Shown: one piece after another, positions 50,025-64,000 of the stretch
How the letters are laid out: every line of letters begins with the position of its first letter
Position numbering within the stretch: the first letter of the stretch is position 1
DNA from: Camelus ferus
Lineage: Eukaryota
Direction: 5' to 3'
DNA: 64,000 bases
Assembly: GCF_009834535.1 (NCBI RefSeq)
Contig: NC_045696.1
Span: 42,782,001 to 42,846,000, forward strand
Translations under genes and position numbers: made by a program
The notes under the pieces: generated by a model
The model's database searches: none
The model's input: the letters and a program-made list of their open reading frames with translations, nothing else
Told to the model about the DNA's origin: nothing

Positions 50025-51900
50025 TTGTCTCATTCTTTATCTCATGCATTTATTCCTTCAATAAAAATTCTCTGCTCTTTACACCATCAAGGTAATTCAA
50101 AATATACAGTAGCGCATACGACAAATTCCTTCTGTGTGGGGATTTACGCTGTGTTTGGTGAGGATGCGGGTATTGGGTATAGAGATTTTCAACTTGTGCT
50201 TAATACCATGAAGAAAATACCTAAGGGGAATAGAGTGACAGAGTTGGATTTGAATTAGTTCATATGTTGTTTTTAAGGAAGGCCTCTCTGGACATTTGAA
50301 CAGGGAAGGGAAAGATGTATGGGAGTGAATTGCACATACACCTAGAGGAAGTTCCCTCCGACAGAATTCCATGTGCCAGAGGCAGAAACTGATGGAAGAG
50401 AGGCAAGGAGGTCAACATGGCTCATGTAGAATAAACAAGGTATAGATTTAGTTAACAGGTAACATCAGAGAAGTGGGGGAAAATAGAAAACATATTTTAG
50501 GGATTTGTAGTTCTGTTAGTATCTTTAAATTTTCCCTGCATGAGAAGAATCCTGATTTTTGTGAGAAAAGAATTGATAGGCTCTTACGTACATTTAAAAA
50601 GTAAGAGCAAATAATAAGTTTAAAGGTGAAGATGGAATATTAGGAGAGAATATACGAAGACAACATTAGGAGCATATTGCAATAATACAGAGCAAAAGAT
50701 GTTGAGGATCAGAACAGTAGCAGTGAGTGGAAATGGTCAGAAGAGTTGTGCTGGGTATATTTTGACTTCAGAGCCAATGCAAAAAGAATAGAACAAAGAG
50801 AATCTTTTTGGATGATACTTTCAAGGTACTTTTAGATTTTTGGTTGAAGTAACTAGGAGAAAGATATTGATACTGATTGAAATGAGGAAAACTGAGAAAG
50901 AAAATTGCTTTGGGGTGACCAAGAATTTATATTTGGATGTGTTATGCTTAGGGTACATATCTGATGACCAAGTGGAGATGTTGAGTAAACTGGGATATAA
51001 GAGTGAAGATGGGTGGAGGTGAGGGTTTGGAGATCTAAACTTGGGAGTCATCAAATTAAAGATGACATTTAAAGCTATGGGGATGGAAGATACACAAAAT
51101 GTAGTTAGAAAAAGAGTTACAAGGACAAACAAAGCCATGGGGCATTCTTATTGGTACAGGAGTGGAAGGTGAGAACTACCTGTAGTGGAAACCGAAAGAA
51201 ATAGTCATTGAAGTAAGAGAACCAAGAGCAAGTGATGTCTAGAGTCAGTGTGAAGAAAGTCCTTCAAGAAGAAGTGATCAGTATTGTCAAATGTTGCTGA
51301 TTTTTGCATTAGGTGAAGTTTCAGAATTAACCGTTCCTGATGTTGGCAAAAGCAAATGATATACATTATTCTACTGACATAAATTAGTGTGGGTTCAAGA
51401 GAGAATAGGAAGAATGTAAAGATGGACTCTAAATGCATTTTGTACCTGCAGGGAGACTTGGGGGTCAGGAGGATTTTTTATAGTTACTAATACAGTATGT
51501 ATGATTATGACAGACCGAGAGAGAGAAAAAGATGATTAACAATAAAAGAAAATAATATCATAAGTGAGATAGGATGGAATCCAGTGCATAATTGGACAGG
51601 AAGACTGATACACAGCAACAGCAGGAGAGGAGGTAGAGTGCATGCGAGTCAAAGCAGGTGGGCTGGTGGAGGTGGTGTCAGTGTTTCTGAATGCTTCTGT
51701 TTGTCAGTGAACTATTTACAAGCTGAAGAGCTGAAAATAGGGAGTGCCCTGAGGGCAGGGTGGTCAGAGAGTTTTTGTTAAGTATTGGAGAAAGGAAATG
51801 GTTGTGGGTCTGAATGACTAAGGAAATACAATAGGATTGAAAATACAATAGAATTGAAACTATGGACAGATTCTGAGATATGTGGTCAGGAATATTGAGT
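50025..51900 (-). mobile_element. Long L2 (L2a-like)
   Basis: TCATTC tail, AGGAAGGCCTCTCTG..ACATTTGAACAG, GGGTTTGGAGAT.TAAACTTGGGAGTCATCA, TGTCAAATGTTGCTGA; probably continues after 52370. Confidence 0.7.
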
Positions 51901-51903
51901 TAG

Positions 51904-52367
51904 TGAGTCAGTTCAGGTCCTTCAAGAGCAGATAGCAAGTGTGGGATTAGATATGTAAGACATTTATTGGGCAAAATGCCTGAAAAGGGTAAAAGAGAGG
52001 GTTAAGCATAGGTGAGAAGAGCATTTAGACTGTGATGCTGGTCTGACACCCATGAAATGAGGAGGAAAATCGGGTAAGAGCTCAGACTGCAGTGCAGATC
52101 TGACGGTGTCTTGGCCGGGCCAATGTGAGATCCCCCAGCAAAGGCTGACTGTTGGCGGGGTCCCACGTTGGGCAGAAACAGCCCCACTGTAGTAGTCTTG
52201 TCCTACCTGGCCGCTGGCTGGGAGAAGGCTAAAGGAAGCCCAGCTTTGGCAGGAGCCTGGTAGAGGCCCTGCAGGTGCTGGAGGCAGAGGCTTCAGTCCA
52301 TGTGCTCAGGGCAGCAGGCTCTCCTGAGGGAGAGCTGAGATGTGTGCGCACGTCCATGGCTGACACA
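51904..52367 (-). mobile_element. ERVL solo LTR, LTR16C-like
   Basis: Reverse complement TGTGTCAGCCATGGA...TCAGCTCTCCCTCAGGAGAGCCTGCTGC...TTTCTGCCCAACGTGGGAC...GCACTGCAGTCTGAG...CCCAATAAATGTCTTACA. Confidence 0.75.
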
Positions 52368-53359
52368 TTCCACTTGGTTGTATGTTTCACTCCAGGGTGT
52401 TTAGTGTCTCCGATGTATTTGAGGAAGGAAGTAGAATGCTGTATTTAAATAGATTTAAGAATTTCCAGAGTAGTAATATGAAGGGGAAGAAGGATAAGCA
52501 AACTGAAGCATAACTATGCAGTTAAAAGAGGAAACAGAATCTAAGCTGGTTATGGGAATGAGTACCTGAGGGGGCTGTGGTTCTAGCCATGCAGACAAGG
52601 AGCCCAAGTGTCTTTAGTGAGGTACACATCCTTAACTCCTTAATTCTGTTTGCTAGTTTCTGAGTATGAAAGTATAAAAGACTTAAAATTACATATGCAT
52701 ATGTATACATAGAGAAACAATTTCAAAAGTTATTAAAGTGTATACATATGACTTAGATATAAGAGGAGAGAGAAGAATTTACCTCCTGGGTAGGTTTCAA
52801 TTCCTGTGTGTTTCTTTAGTCTTAACTGCACTGAGTTGGATTTTAATTTTATCTGTCTGTTGTAGCATGGGCCTCAAATTCCAATGAACTACTTCATCAT
52901 GTGCTCAGATCAAGAGGAAACTGAATGCATTGAACTTGTTATGATGGGGGATGATATGCAGTTCTACAAAGTAGTGCTTTGAGTGAGAATATGAAGGGTA
53001 CATGAGGTAATTTGAGGTTTTCCAATGACGAGGTTCAAATCCTAGTGCAAGATCAGCTTCAAAACTACTGCCTCTACCCGATCCCCACTTCGCTTGCCTC
53101 TAGTCGCCTGTTTGGATACTCCACTCTCTGAATGAGTGTTGTGGGACTAGCCAGTCCTCCCTTACCTGTGACTTTGCCCACCAGATGCCAAGTTGTCTGA
53201 AGTGCAGGATTGAAATTTATTCCCATTTGTCCTGGGTCTGTCCCCATCGTTCTTCTCCTACTTTGATGGACAGGTCTGGTTTCAGATCTGAACCTTGTTC
53301 AGTATGCCTTGTCCTCCAGTTGACAAAGCCATGCCTGGCTATGTCAGACATATTAATAA

Positions 53360-53590
53360 GTAAATAATAATAATTATATTTAGTACCACTGTCACCAGTA
53401 AGTGCCAGGAAGTAAATCCTGTTCTGAGAACCTTAAGAAATATTCACATCCAATCCTCAGAACAACACTATATTTGATTATTGTTATCCAGATGAAAAAA
53501 TGAAGCCCAAGTAATATAACCTGCCCAAATTTTTGCAAGAAATTGGGGAGCCACAGAGAAACCAAGCTAACTACAAATTTTCCTTTTAAT
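53360..53590 (-). mobile_element. MIR fragment
   Basis: AATCCTCAGAACAACACTAT...CAGATGAAAAAATGAAGCCCAAG..TAACCTGCCCAA. Confidence 0.5.
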
Positions 53591-55557
53591 TGCTATCATA
53601 CTCGTAGTGCTAGACACAAAACATACCAATTTATAAGTATATCATGGCCCACATTTTAAGTATATTCACAGATTTACCTCCTTTTCAAATTCTTCATATT
53701 AATAGATTAAGAAACATCACTGTCTACTTACAGAAAAAATAGCAATCATGTCTGTATGGGGCCATCATTAAGTACTTAATTTCTTTTGGATCCTGAACAC
53801 ATGGCTTATTACTTACACATATTGATGCTTCGGGGTAACTACTTTTGGTCATTGATATAATCATAACCCTCCAACAGAAGTGTGTGTAATTTTTATTCTT
53901 TATAGATTCAAGTCCTATTTTCATTAGAATTATTGCTACCTTAGGGTTTGAAACTTTGCAGATCATAAAGCTGGTTTCCTAATCAGAAACAGAAAGGACT
54001 CTTCTACAGAACGATACATACTTTCAGATGTGTACATCAAAATAAAGCAATATTCCTGTTAAAGGATCATTTTTACCTATATCTCTTTCTTGGTCTGAGA
54101 GTTACTTTCCAAAACTACATTGGAAAATTAATTACTTAAAATTGCAATGGCTGAAAAGTAAATTGAAACATTAGTAAAGTCACTGATAGTTTCTTGCTGC
54201 TGAAGTAAACCAATTATGTGTCAGAGACGTCCTGTTTAACACTATGCTATCCATCAGGTGTTGCATCTGTTTCTGAATGCTGTGAAGAAATGGGTTACAG
54301 CATTTAAGTCAAGGATTCTACTTGATAGAAGCAGAGTCTCTTTCATGCTTAGCCTCATAGTCTATGGAGCAACTGAGTTTGTTTTGTTCTACACAGAATT
54401 TTTTCCCACTGGTTTGAATGTTGCATAAGACTGTTAATTTCACTGGCAAATTATTAAAAAATTCATGTCATTAATTTTTCTGTTACCTAGGAGTTAACAA
54501 ATCAGTTTGAACGACTCATTTGTTGGAGTTGTTTGGAATACTTTAGGACTTAGTTTTTCAGGAAAGACAGAATAAAATTTAAACTTGGTAAGGATATATA
54601 TTGTAAGAAACATTTTCTATTTTTAAAACATTTGAATTTGATATGAATTGTTTGGATATGGAGAAATAAAAAAGGAAGAAAACACAATGCTTTCATTTCT
54701 GTATTCTGTGTTCCTTACGTACCATGCAGCAGATTTTGAACTGGCAAACCAAGTAAAAAGGAAGACAGAAATAATTATTCATATAATACAGCAGTGCTCA
54801 AAATGAACCACATTACTGGGTAAATAGTTTTCCCTCCTACAGGCAATGAATTACATAAAGGTTCTCCCCTTACAGTCGTTCATGTATGTTTCTTCTTGTA
54901 CATTATTAATATTATCTTTGCATAACTTTGCATTTATATAACTGCAGTAAGCTTATAATTATATTTGCTGCCACCAAAATTAATTCTTGCTAATTTCAAA
55001 CTTCTTCCAGGTGGATATTCTAAAACCATCACTTTCACTTGGTTGTCCCTCTTTGATATTCCTTATCCCTAGTTTCCATTCAGTCTCACTTGATTGACAG
55101 TTCTCTGCCCAGCACTCTTCAGTGAGGCCAGCTTCTCTGTGAATAACCATGAGTGTTGCGATCAGTTTTGTTGTTACTGCCTACGCTATTGCTCAGATAA
55201 GCCAGCTGCTGCCTTTCCTTTATGTGCAGCACTGAATCCATTTTCTCATGAAGCCTCACTCAAATGATCTGTCCCTGTTTATGATTTTCTCTTCTGTGAG
55301 TATTGTCTCAAACTGGTCTCTGGCTTACATTATTTTCTAGTTGCTTCAAGTACCATATTGTTTCTCCAGGTAGGTTATTCATCTTAGAATATTACTATGT
55401 TATCAACCAAGACTTCTTGAACAATAGGAAACAAATAGATATTTAAATAATTATAAAACATTCTAATATTTGGTCTACTACAGTAATAAAGTTTGTTGAA
55501 ATACAGTAGCATGCAGTGTAAGACAAGAAATGGTTAAATGTTCAACAAGGTGTTCAC

Positions 55558-56858
55558 ATTTTTGAAGTACAGTTAATTACAATATTTGAGGTATACAGCA
55601 TAGTGATTCAACATTTTTATAGATTATATTCCATTAAAAGTTATTATAAGGTAATGGCTATAATTTCCTTTGGTGTACAATATATGCATGTTTCCCGTGT
55701 TTTATATGTAGTAGTTTGTATCTCTTAATCCCATACCCCTTTGCCCTCACTGTTTCCCCTCTGCTCTCTGTTAACCACTAGCTTGTTTTCTGTATCTATG
55801 GGTCTGTGTCTGTTTTGCATACACATTCATTTATATTCTTTTTTAGATTCCACATAAGTGGTATCATATAATATTAGTCTTTCTCTGTCAGACTTACTCC
55901 ACTAAGGATAATACATCTAGATCCATCCACTTTGCTGCAAGTGGAATGATTTCATTCTTTTTTATGGTTGAGTAATATTCCTTTGTATATACATACAGCA
56001 TTTTTATCCATTCATCTGTTGATGGGTACTTGGGTTGCTCCCATATCTTGGCTCTAGTAAATGGTACTACCATGAACATTGGGTCACATTTATCTTTTTG
56101 AATTAATGTTTTCATTTTTTTCTAGGTATATACCCGAGAGTGGAATTACTAGGTCATATTGTAGTTCTATTTTTAATTTTTTGAGGAACCGTTACACTCT
56201 TTTTCGCAGTGACTGCACCAATTTACATTCCCACCAACAGTGTACAAGGGTTCCCTTTTCTCCACATCCTCTCTAATATTTGTTACTTGTAGCCTTTTTT
56301 AATGATAGCCATCTGACAAGTGTGAGGTGATACCTCATGGTGCCTGCTGGCCTTCTGTATGTCTTTGGAAAAATATTCAGATCGTCTGCCCATTTTTTGT
56401 TGGGGTTGTTTGCTTTTTTGATACTGAGTTGTATGTGCTGGTTATATATTTTGGATATTAACCCCTTGTTGGTTATATCATTTGGAAATATTTTCTCCCA
56501 TTCCACTAGTTGTCTTTTCATTTTGTCAGTGGCTTCCTTTTCTGTGTGAAAGTTTTTAAGTTTAGGTTCCATTTGTATGTTTCTGCTTTTATTTCTTTTG
56601 CCTTAGGAGACAGATCCAAGAAACTATTGCTGTGGTTTATGTCAAAGAGTGTTCTGCCTATGTTGTCATCTAGGAGTTTTATGGTTTCAGTTCTTAAATT
56701 TAGGTCTTTAATCTATTTTGAGTTTGTTTTTGCATATGGTGTGAGAAAACGTTCTAATCTTGCTGTTTTACATGTAGCTGTCCTCTTCCCAGCACCACTT
56801 ACTGAAGAGACAGCCTTTTCTCCATTATGCATTCTCACTTTCTTTGCGTCACAATTTT
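55558..56858 (-). mobile_element. 5'-truncated L1 (cetartiodactyl/laurasiatherian type)
   Basis: ORF remnants [38 protein letters not shown] and KMKRQLVEWEKIF..KGLISKIY; 3' end TTGAAGTACAGTT..TACAAT. Confidence 0.85.
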
Positions 56859-59018
56859 AACAGACCATCTCATAGTAGATTGTTAGACCTGAAATTAGCT
56901 ACATCATATTTTGAAGTTTCTTCTAAGTAAAAAGTAGCAAGCTAGATAGTATCCTGAACTAAACCTTCAAAATTGATGACTACATTCAAACGTTACCTGT
57001 CCAAAATCTCATTAGCTTAGTAAAATATTTTTCAATAATAATTGTTAATTAATTATGTTAATCAAATAAGAAAAAGTAACTCAGCTATTGCTTCTTGATT
57101 TTTTTTGTATTATATATAATTTTGAGAACCTGATAAGTTGTGGACCTGCCTACTATTTTTCTCCTTTCCAAATATAATTTACATAAATACACACAATGCT
57201 GTCATGCCTTTTATTCTGGTTTATATAGGAAATAGATTTCCTTTGCAAAAAATAAGAGGTCAATTTAATAAAATACTGCATACTCCAAGGTTGAAATGAA
57301 AATACTGGCTTCCTTTAAAAAACATAAATGCAAATTGGACAAGTAAAACCCAAAAGAGAAAAGTTAATTCTGTTTAAAAGTATACTTAAACGAGTAAGTA
57401 GCTGGTATTTGGCTTGAATAAGAAGTTGCTATTTTGGATTGGACTTTGACATGGCAAAGCTCCTGTCATCTTTAGTATGCAATTGAGCTTTTTAACTTTT
57501 CGTTTTGATGATAATAATAAAAGTTGGTAATCTGATTCACAGAGGTTTGTAGAAGCACATCAAATCAGAATTCTATAGCTCATGTTGCCAAGCAAGGGTG
57601 AGCTTGTGTCAAGGAATTCTTGATTTTCTTCCAAGGCTGGGTCACACTCATGTTAGATTATTTCTTTTCTTTTCAAATGAATGAGGTCAAATTGTGTGCG
57701 TGTATATAAAATCTTTTTCTTTTCTTTTTTTGCAATGTGGCATTCATTATGTTATTTTAGCAAGAAAATACTTACACATATTTTAATCTTAAAGTGTTAT
57801 GAAAAAATTTCAAAAGGGTCCTGCCGTATTTTCTGTTACTCATGGGCTTCTGCCTATTAAGAAACTGACAAGTCTTTTTGATGGCTGATTCCAAACTAGA
57901 GAAACATTTCTTCCAATCTTGGGGAGGACAAACCATGGTCTCTGTTGACTATATATCACATCTTAATGCTATGATTTACCTCTTTCATTCTCATATTCTC
58001 CTTAGTAGTTCCATGTTATTCAGTCTTCCTTCAGTAGCACCAAAGATCAAGGGGACAGTGATAAAGGGCAAGTGTTCATGCAGTTGTGACAAGCCAAACT
58101 GATACATCAAACCTGTCATGAGAATCAGCTTTTCAAAGATTTGTCTATGAGTGATGGCATCAGATGTAACAGGTGAATTCATCACCACCTGCTTTATTTG
58201 TTCTTACGATTTTATTTGGAATCCTAATGACTTTTGAGATCTATTGAAATAATCTTTGTTGGCAACTCATATACATCCCATTATAACACATTTTCTCTGC
58301 TTATAAAAGATCAAAATTGAGACTTATGTAAGGAAATAGAATTACATAGTTTGAAGTCTAGCTTTTCCTTTTTTTGTTTGATTTGGCCTCTCTTAATACT
58401 TCTGATCACATAAATCATAAATGTTGTACAACTTCCTTCTATTTAACTCACTTCTCCAGAATAAATTACTGATCAAACATGTTGTAAGTTCAATAAGTTG
58501 GCACAAATCATTTCTGACAGCACTGTAAGTTTGTGTGTATGTATATACACACATACACAAGCATATAATTTTGCCTAAAGCATATTAATAAAATTATTTG
58601 TGATCAGCTATACCCAAAAAATGTTTACCTCACATGTTACATGTGTTTACTTATATTTCCATTATCCCTATATAAAAGTTCACCTTTAATTTCCCACATT
58701 CTTCTCATAAATATTTCCCATCAGTGTCCTTATAAGTCCTCTTCTATTTTAGCCAAAGATTTTCTGAAGCATCAATAAAGATGACAGCTGAACCTTGTTT
58801 TGAAAGATTTACATCATTTTCTATGGCAAATTTAGCTGCCATTTATAGCCAATCCAAGAATGTGCTTTTCCTTGACACATTATTCTGAGAGTTAACTTAC
58901 GTATTCTTTCAAAAATATTAAACTCCATGCTGTGGCAGTTCAATGTGGGTTCAGGCAACTTGCTGCTATAGGATCAGTCACATCCTGAGCCCTGACATCA
59001 AGCTGGCATTCAGTGAAA

Positions 59019-59535
59019 CAGTGATTCCTAAATCATTGTCCAGGAGCCCTTGTGGTTCCCTGAGACCCATTCAGGGAGTCTGCAATTAACAATTTTCACA
59101 GTATTACTAAGATTTCATTTGCCTCTTAAACCCTCCTTTTCTCATTGAGTGAAGAGTGAGGTTTTCCGGAGGCTACATAATTTGGTATTGCAACTGAATG
59201 AATGCAGAAGCAGGGGTGAAAATTTAGCTGTTTCTCTTCAAAGAGATATTAAGGAGTAATACTGAAAAATGTAAACAATGCCATTCTTCATTCTTAATTT
59301 TTTTTTTTTTTGCTTTGGGAAGTACATGTATTTTTATAAAATGTGTAATTTATGTTAAAATGTAATGGTTTTATTACTGTTGAGTTAAAATATTTATTAC
59401 ATTTAACATTTCTCAGTTTTAATTTCTAAAACTGTAACTATAGACGGAGCTTGCATAAACCCAAACTCTTTGAGATCATCAGTATCTCATAAGAGTGTAA
59501 AAAGGTCCTGAAGGCAAACATTTGAAGAAACCTTG
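59019..59535. mobile_element. Non-autonomous hAT-Charlie element (Charlie1b-like)
   Basis: CAGTGATTCC...CCCTGAGACCCATTCAGGG...GTTTTCCGGAGGCTACAT...TGAATGCAGAAGCAG...TTTCTCAGTTTTAATTTCTAA...AAGAGTGTAAAAAGGTCCTGA. Confidence 0.75.
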
Positions 59536-60284
59536 TTGTAGAGGCTGCCTGCTTTCTTTTTGAAGCTTTAAGTACTGCTGATCTTCTGTATACTAATGGA
59601 GAACAAATTGTGAAGCCAGCTCTAGTCAGTACCAAATCCAAGTACTTGTCTAGGTTCTATGTCCGGCTGGGTTTCTTGGCCATCTGATCTACATTCTTGT
59701 TGTCCTAGACTTTTGACCTTGGCTAAATGTCTGATTTGAAAACTTGTTTGTATAACCCTTCTCTGGCTTATTGATCCCTGCTTTCTAGTTTTACTCCCTT
59801 GATTTCAGTGTTACCAGGTTTCAGGAGGAAGATACTCCTTGTACCAAAATAAGCTAGAGGACCTCTTTCCTGGATTCAGCTAAGAGTATACACACCTCTG
59901 CCTGCATTGATGCATTAGGTATTGGGAGTTCCTGATATTGCTGCTAATTGCGTATTTGACATTTGTGGGTCTAATGGTTGATAATTCCCTCCCAACAGTA
60001 TCCGTGATGTGTTTATTGACTCTAGTTTGATTTTTCCAAGTTACAACATTCGTTTATGATTAAAGCTTCTCCTTGCCTTCCCCTTTAATTCATTCTGCTG
60101 TTGTCCTCACCTCCAGGGTGTCTGCTGATCAGTGTCCTGCCCCTGATGTCTAGTCCTTGGAGCTGAATTCTTGCCACGTGTAATTAGAAGTCCCTGGTGT
60201 TCCCTAGTTTAGCCCTTTCTTACACCAGCTTACTACTTAAACATTTCATCAACTCACATGGATTTTCTTGGTTACAACTGAAAA

Positions 60285-61830
60285 AAATATTTTATTTAAG
60301 CGTAACATACATATAGACAAACAAATTATAGTTATTTAGCATGATGGATTTTCACAAATTGAACATGCTCAAGAAAACCAAAATCCAGATCAAGAAACAA
60401 CACTGCCAGCATTTCAGAATTTTACTTCGTCTATTTCTGTTCACTATTCTAAAAATAAAACCCATTTTTCTGTCTTCTAGAAATATACATGAGTTTACCT
60501 GTATTGGAAATATATATATGTGATCAAACAATATAAGCTCTTTGCTGAATAGTTTCTTTAACTTTTTTTTTGTGAGCTACCCATATTTTTGTGTATACTT
60601 ACATTGCTCATTCTATTTGCTGCATAGAATTCCATTGTGAGAAAATACTGCAATTTATTCCATCATTCCACTTTTTTTCAGCTTATGCATGGTTCTGAAT
60701 AGTATTACTATCAACAATTTTAGCACTTTTTCATGAGTAAATGCATGAATTTCTATCCATTATATGCTTAGGGATCCACTTGCTAGATCATAGGATGCGC
60801 TCATGTTGAGCTACAGGAAAGTCTATCAATCGCATTTCAAACTGGTTGCACAAATTTGCACTCCCATTAGTAGCATAAGAGTTCTGACTGTGCCTTACCC
60901 TTACTAATACTTGCTATTTCCTGATTTTTTGTGTAATAACACATCATGATTTAATTTGCATTTCTCAGAATAATAATGTTAAGTATCTCTTGATAGTGTT
61001 TATTAGCCATTTGGATACCTTTTTTGGGCTTGTGTTAAGTATTTTGCCCATTATTTTCTGTTAGTTTGCTTGTCATTTTCCTATTGACTTAGAGTGCTCT
61101 ACATATTCCAAACATAAGCCTTTGATGGGTGTTGCAAAGATTTTGTCTCTCTGGGTGACCTTTTCATCCTTTTGGGATCATTTTTGTATGAATGACAGCT
61201 CTTAATTTTCATCTTGTCTAATCTATAATTTTCCTTTACAGTTAGCTCCCTGTTTTAGAAATCTTTGCTTACTCAAGTATCAGAAAGATGTTTTTCTATG
61301 TTTTCTTCTAAAATTTTATTGTTTTACTCTTTGTTATTTTCAGTAAACTTTAAAATTTACTTTAATTTTTACCTTACATTTTACAAAATTTTGTTCAGAT
61401 TGCAATCCATGTGGCATTGCTTTTGTAGAAGGCATGAAATAGAGGTCAAGATTTCTTCATATGAAAATTAAATCCAACATTTATTTTGAAGATCATTGTT
61501 TCCATTGCTCTGTAGAATTTGCTTTGTTATAAATTACTTGGTCTGACTTCAAGTTTTGTTTTCTATTTCATGGTCTTATGTGTTTATTCTTGTGCCCATC
61601 TTACACTGTTTGACTAATACATTTTCTAATGGATTGCTGTACCATGTAGTATATGTCCTAGAGCTTTGAACTTTATTTTTGCTTTATATATTCTTGGCCC
61701 TTCATATTTTCATAGGGATTTAGAACCATCTTTACAATTTTCATGAAAATAAATATTTGGAATTTTGCTTGACATTCCTATAGATTCATTTCAGGAGAAT
61801 TGGTATATTAAATATCTGAAGCCATGTATC
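60285..61830 (-). mobile_element. Ancient L1ME-like element
   Basis: TGATGGATTTTCACAAATTGAACA..CCAGATCAAGAAACA and AATTTGCACTCCCATTAGTAG..TAAGAGTTC antisense motifs. Confidence 0.65.
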
Positions 61831-61929
61831 ATGTTATAATAAAGAAGTTTACTTTTACTCTTGGTTTGCTGAAAGAACCCCATAAGATAGGAGTTTAATT
61901 TTATGTATTCAATATTTATATTTGCCTGT

Positions 61930-62175
61930 ACCTTTGCCCTTTCTGGTGTTTTCTTTCTTTCTTTTTATGTTTCCTTCAGAGGTAGTTTCTATCTCAAGAC
62001 TCCCACTGAGTACTTCTTTTTAGTGTAGACTTGCCTGCAACAGATTCTCTCAAGTTGTCTTAAAATTTCTTTATTCAACCTTTATTTTTGAAGACTGTCT
62101 TGTCTGTGTATAGAATTACAGGCTTGGTTAATTTTTTTTCTCTTCACTTCAAAGATTCATTCCATTGCTATCTTT
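61930..62175 (-). mobile_element. Ancient L1/HAL1 ORF1 3' fragment
   Basis: ATTCTCTCA...CTTTATT..CCTTTATTTTTGAAGA...GTATAGAATT...AAAGATTCATTCCATTG. Confidence 0.45.
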
Positions 62176-63814
62176 TCTTTCAAGAATTCTGCAGTCTGAA
62201 TTTTTCCTTTTACGTTCATGAACCTTGTTAGAGTTCTCACAGGACCATAGAGAGTCAATTGTTATTAATACCTCTGCTTTCTTCATTTCTTTAACAAAAT
62301 TTTAATTTCTCACTTCATTCTGTGACTTAATATTCTTAAGAAGCATTTACTACAGAAGGTGGCTGAGGAAATTCTAATATTTCTCATTTTATGTTTCCAA
62401 AAAATAATTAACCAAGTAGGTTTTCTCATGTTTGACCTCAAGCCAATTATTGACTTCTCCATCCCTCACACATCCATTATACAGAGGTAAGGGTGATCTT
62501 AATCAAGGATGTGTGTATTTTCTTGTTTCCTGGTGCTCACTCTGTTAGCCTTTACTTCTGTGTCTACATAACTGCTCAGTTTCACTTGGGGTGTGTGCCC
62601 TCAGGGTCATTAGTAGAGATAAGATTGTATGTAGTTAGTTCCTTTATTAACAAACCAAGGAATAACCTTTCCTTACCTTCATTTTACTTAACTCCAAGAG
62701 AGGCATGCAAACTTCAGTTTTCTGCTAGGAATATAGCAAAAGCTCCTGGCCTCCAGTTAAGAACTTATTTTATGAATGAAGTGAAGTCTGTACCATGTTT
62801 TAGAATGGTCTTTACTAACTCTTCTTCTAATTTGCATGTCTTAGAATTATTTACACTAGGATTGACATATGGGTAGTGTCCTTTAGGACTAATGACAGAT
62901 GAAGTAGGTATTTTTTCTCTTACCTACTTTAATATTGGGCTACCACCAAGACTTTGGTAGGAACTCCATTAATTTTCTTACAAAAATGTAATCTCTTTCC
63001 CATTATTAACATGAGGGTGAGAAGTTCTCTTTTCTTTCTATGTACTCTTTTTCTGAGTTTTTTTTTTTTTTTCTTTTTTTTCTTTTTTAACCAGCCATGG
63101 TCCCAATGTGAGATCATAAATGGATCTGGCAGTACGGTATTCATGCTCTCTGGTCCTCTCAGGGGCAGCATAAGAAAAGGCATACAAGTTGGTAGAGTCC
63201 TTGAATAATCACAGTTGTATCTACCATACTCTGGGTTGGTGGCACACTGGAGGAGGCTTTAATTTGATTATCATAAAATTGACTTAGCTGCTCTCCTTAC
63301 CATTTCCAGTGTTTCAGTGCTGCATTTTGTATTACTGTGGGAAAGGGAAGGGACAATTTCTCCTGTTGCATTTATCTCAGACTGGTTTTTACTGAACCTA
63401 AGAAGATACTGCATTCAGATTATTAATAGATAGAATGCCAAAGACTTCACGTAACAGTGGGTCAGCACTCAAAACTAAAATTCTCAGTTGAGTAATATCA
63501 AAGTTGAGCAAGATTTTCTCCAAGTCCTCTAAAAAAGCATTGGGATGACCATGTGAGCCAGATCTTATTACAAGTTCATGCCAAAAGCTCTTTTATCAAA
63601 GACTCCTTCCTCCTTGCTTACTGGTTTCACTATTTCCAAAGCTGCTATGAGTAACTGTTTTTTCCTAGTTTCTCTCGGCTTTCCTCACTATTATATATTT
63701 TAGTTATTGATTGGTTTCCTGTTGGATGGTACAAAATATTTGATACATCAAAACATGGATAGGTCAGCAACCATTTGCACATCAAAATTTAATAAGTTCC
63801 GAGAGAGAAAAAGA

Positions 63815-64000
63815 AAGATGGGTGGGTGGAAAGGGACGTGGTTTCATAGATGGATGGATTGAAGGGTGAGTGGCTGGATGAATGGATAAGTAGGTAAAAA
63901 GACTGATAGATGGGTGGATGGATGGATGGATGGATGGATAGATAGGTAGGTGGGTGGATAGGGACATGGGTTCATAGATGGATGGATTGAAGGGTGGGTG
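63815..64000. repeat. (GGAT)n-derived simple repeat with ~128-bp higher-order duplication, running off the window
   Basis: TTCATAGATGGATGGATTGAAGGGTG occurs at 63843 and 63971. Confidence 0.85.

Noticed and set aside
62929..63208. Lys-rich and Phe-rich ORFs
   Set aside because: Artefacts of a poly-T tract

Overview
Mammalian non-coding DNA, AT-rich and repeat-dense. I could not identify any host protein-coding exon, RNA gene or CRISPR array. The L1 3' ends are of the cetartiodactyl type, and I saw no Alu, B1, CAN, Bov-tA/BovB, PRE1 or CHR SINEs. This points to a camelid-like genome (inference). Nearly all long ORFs in the track are decayed LINE-1 ORF1/ORF2 pieces or their antisense shadows. 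Main structures: (i) a ~7.7-kb full-length but inactivated young L1 (35728-43429, minus) nested with a 13-bp TSD inside an older L1; (ii) a 2.9-kb TSD-flanked, internally deleted L1 (3672-6557) carrying a 68-bp inverted patch joined by microhomologies; (iii) many ancient repeats (MIR, L2, L1M, MLT1, MER21, MER68, LTR16, MER5A, MER20, Charlie, Tigger1). The most striking observation is an 83-bp element with perfect 13-bp TIRs and a TTAA target duplication (44633-44715), a piggyBac-type MITE that I do not recognise. A second is a strongly T>C-biased (A>G on the L1 RNA strand) substitution tract in a ~366-bp tandem array in the young L1 5'UTR. Repeat subfamily names come from remembered consensus sequences, not from a search, and boundaries of old repeats are approximate.
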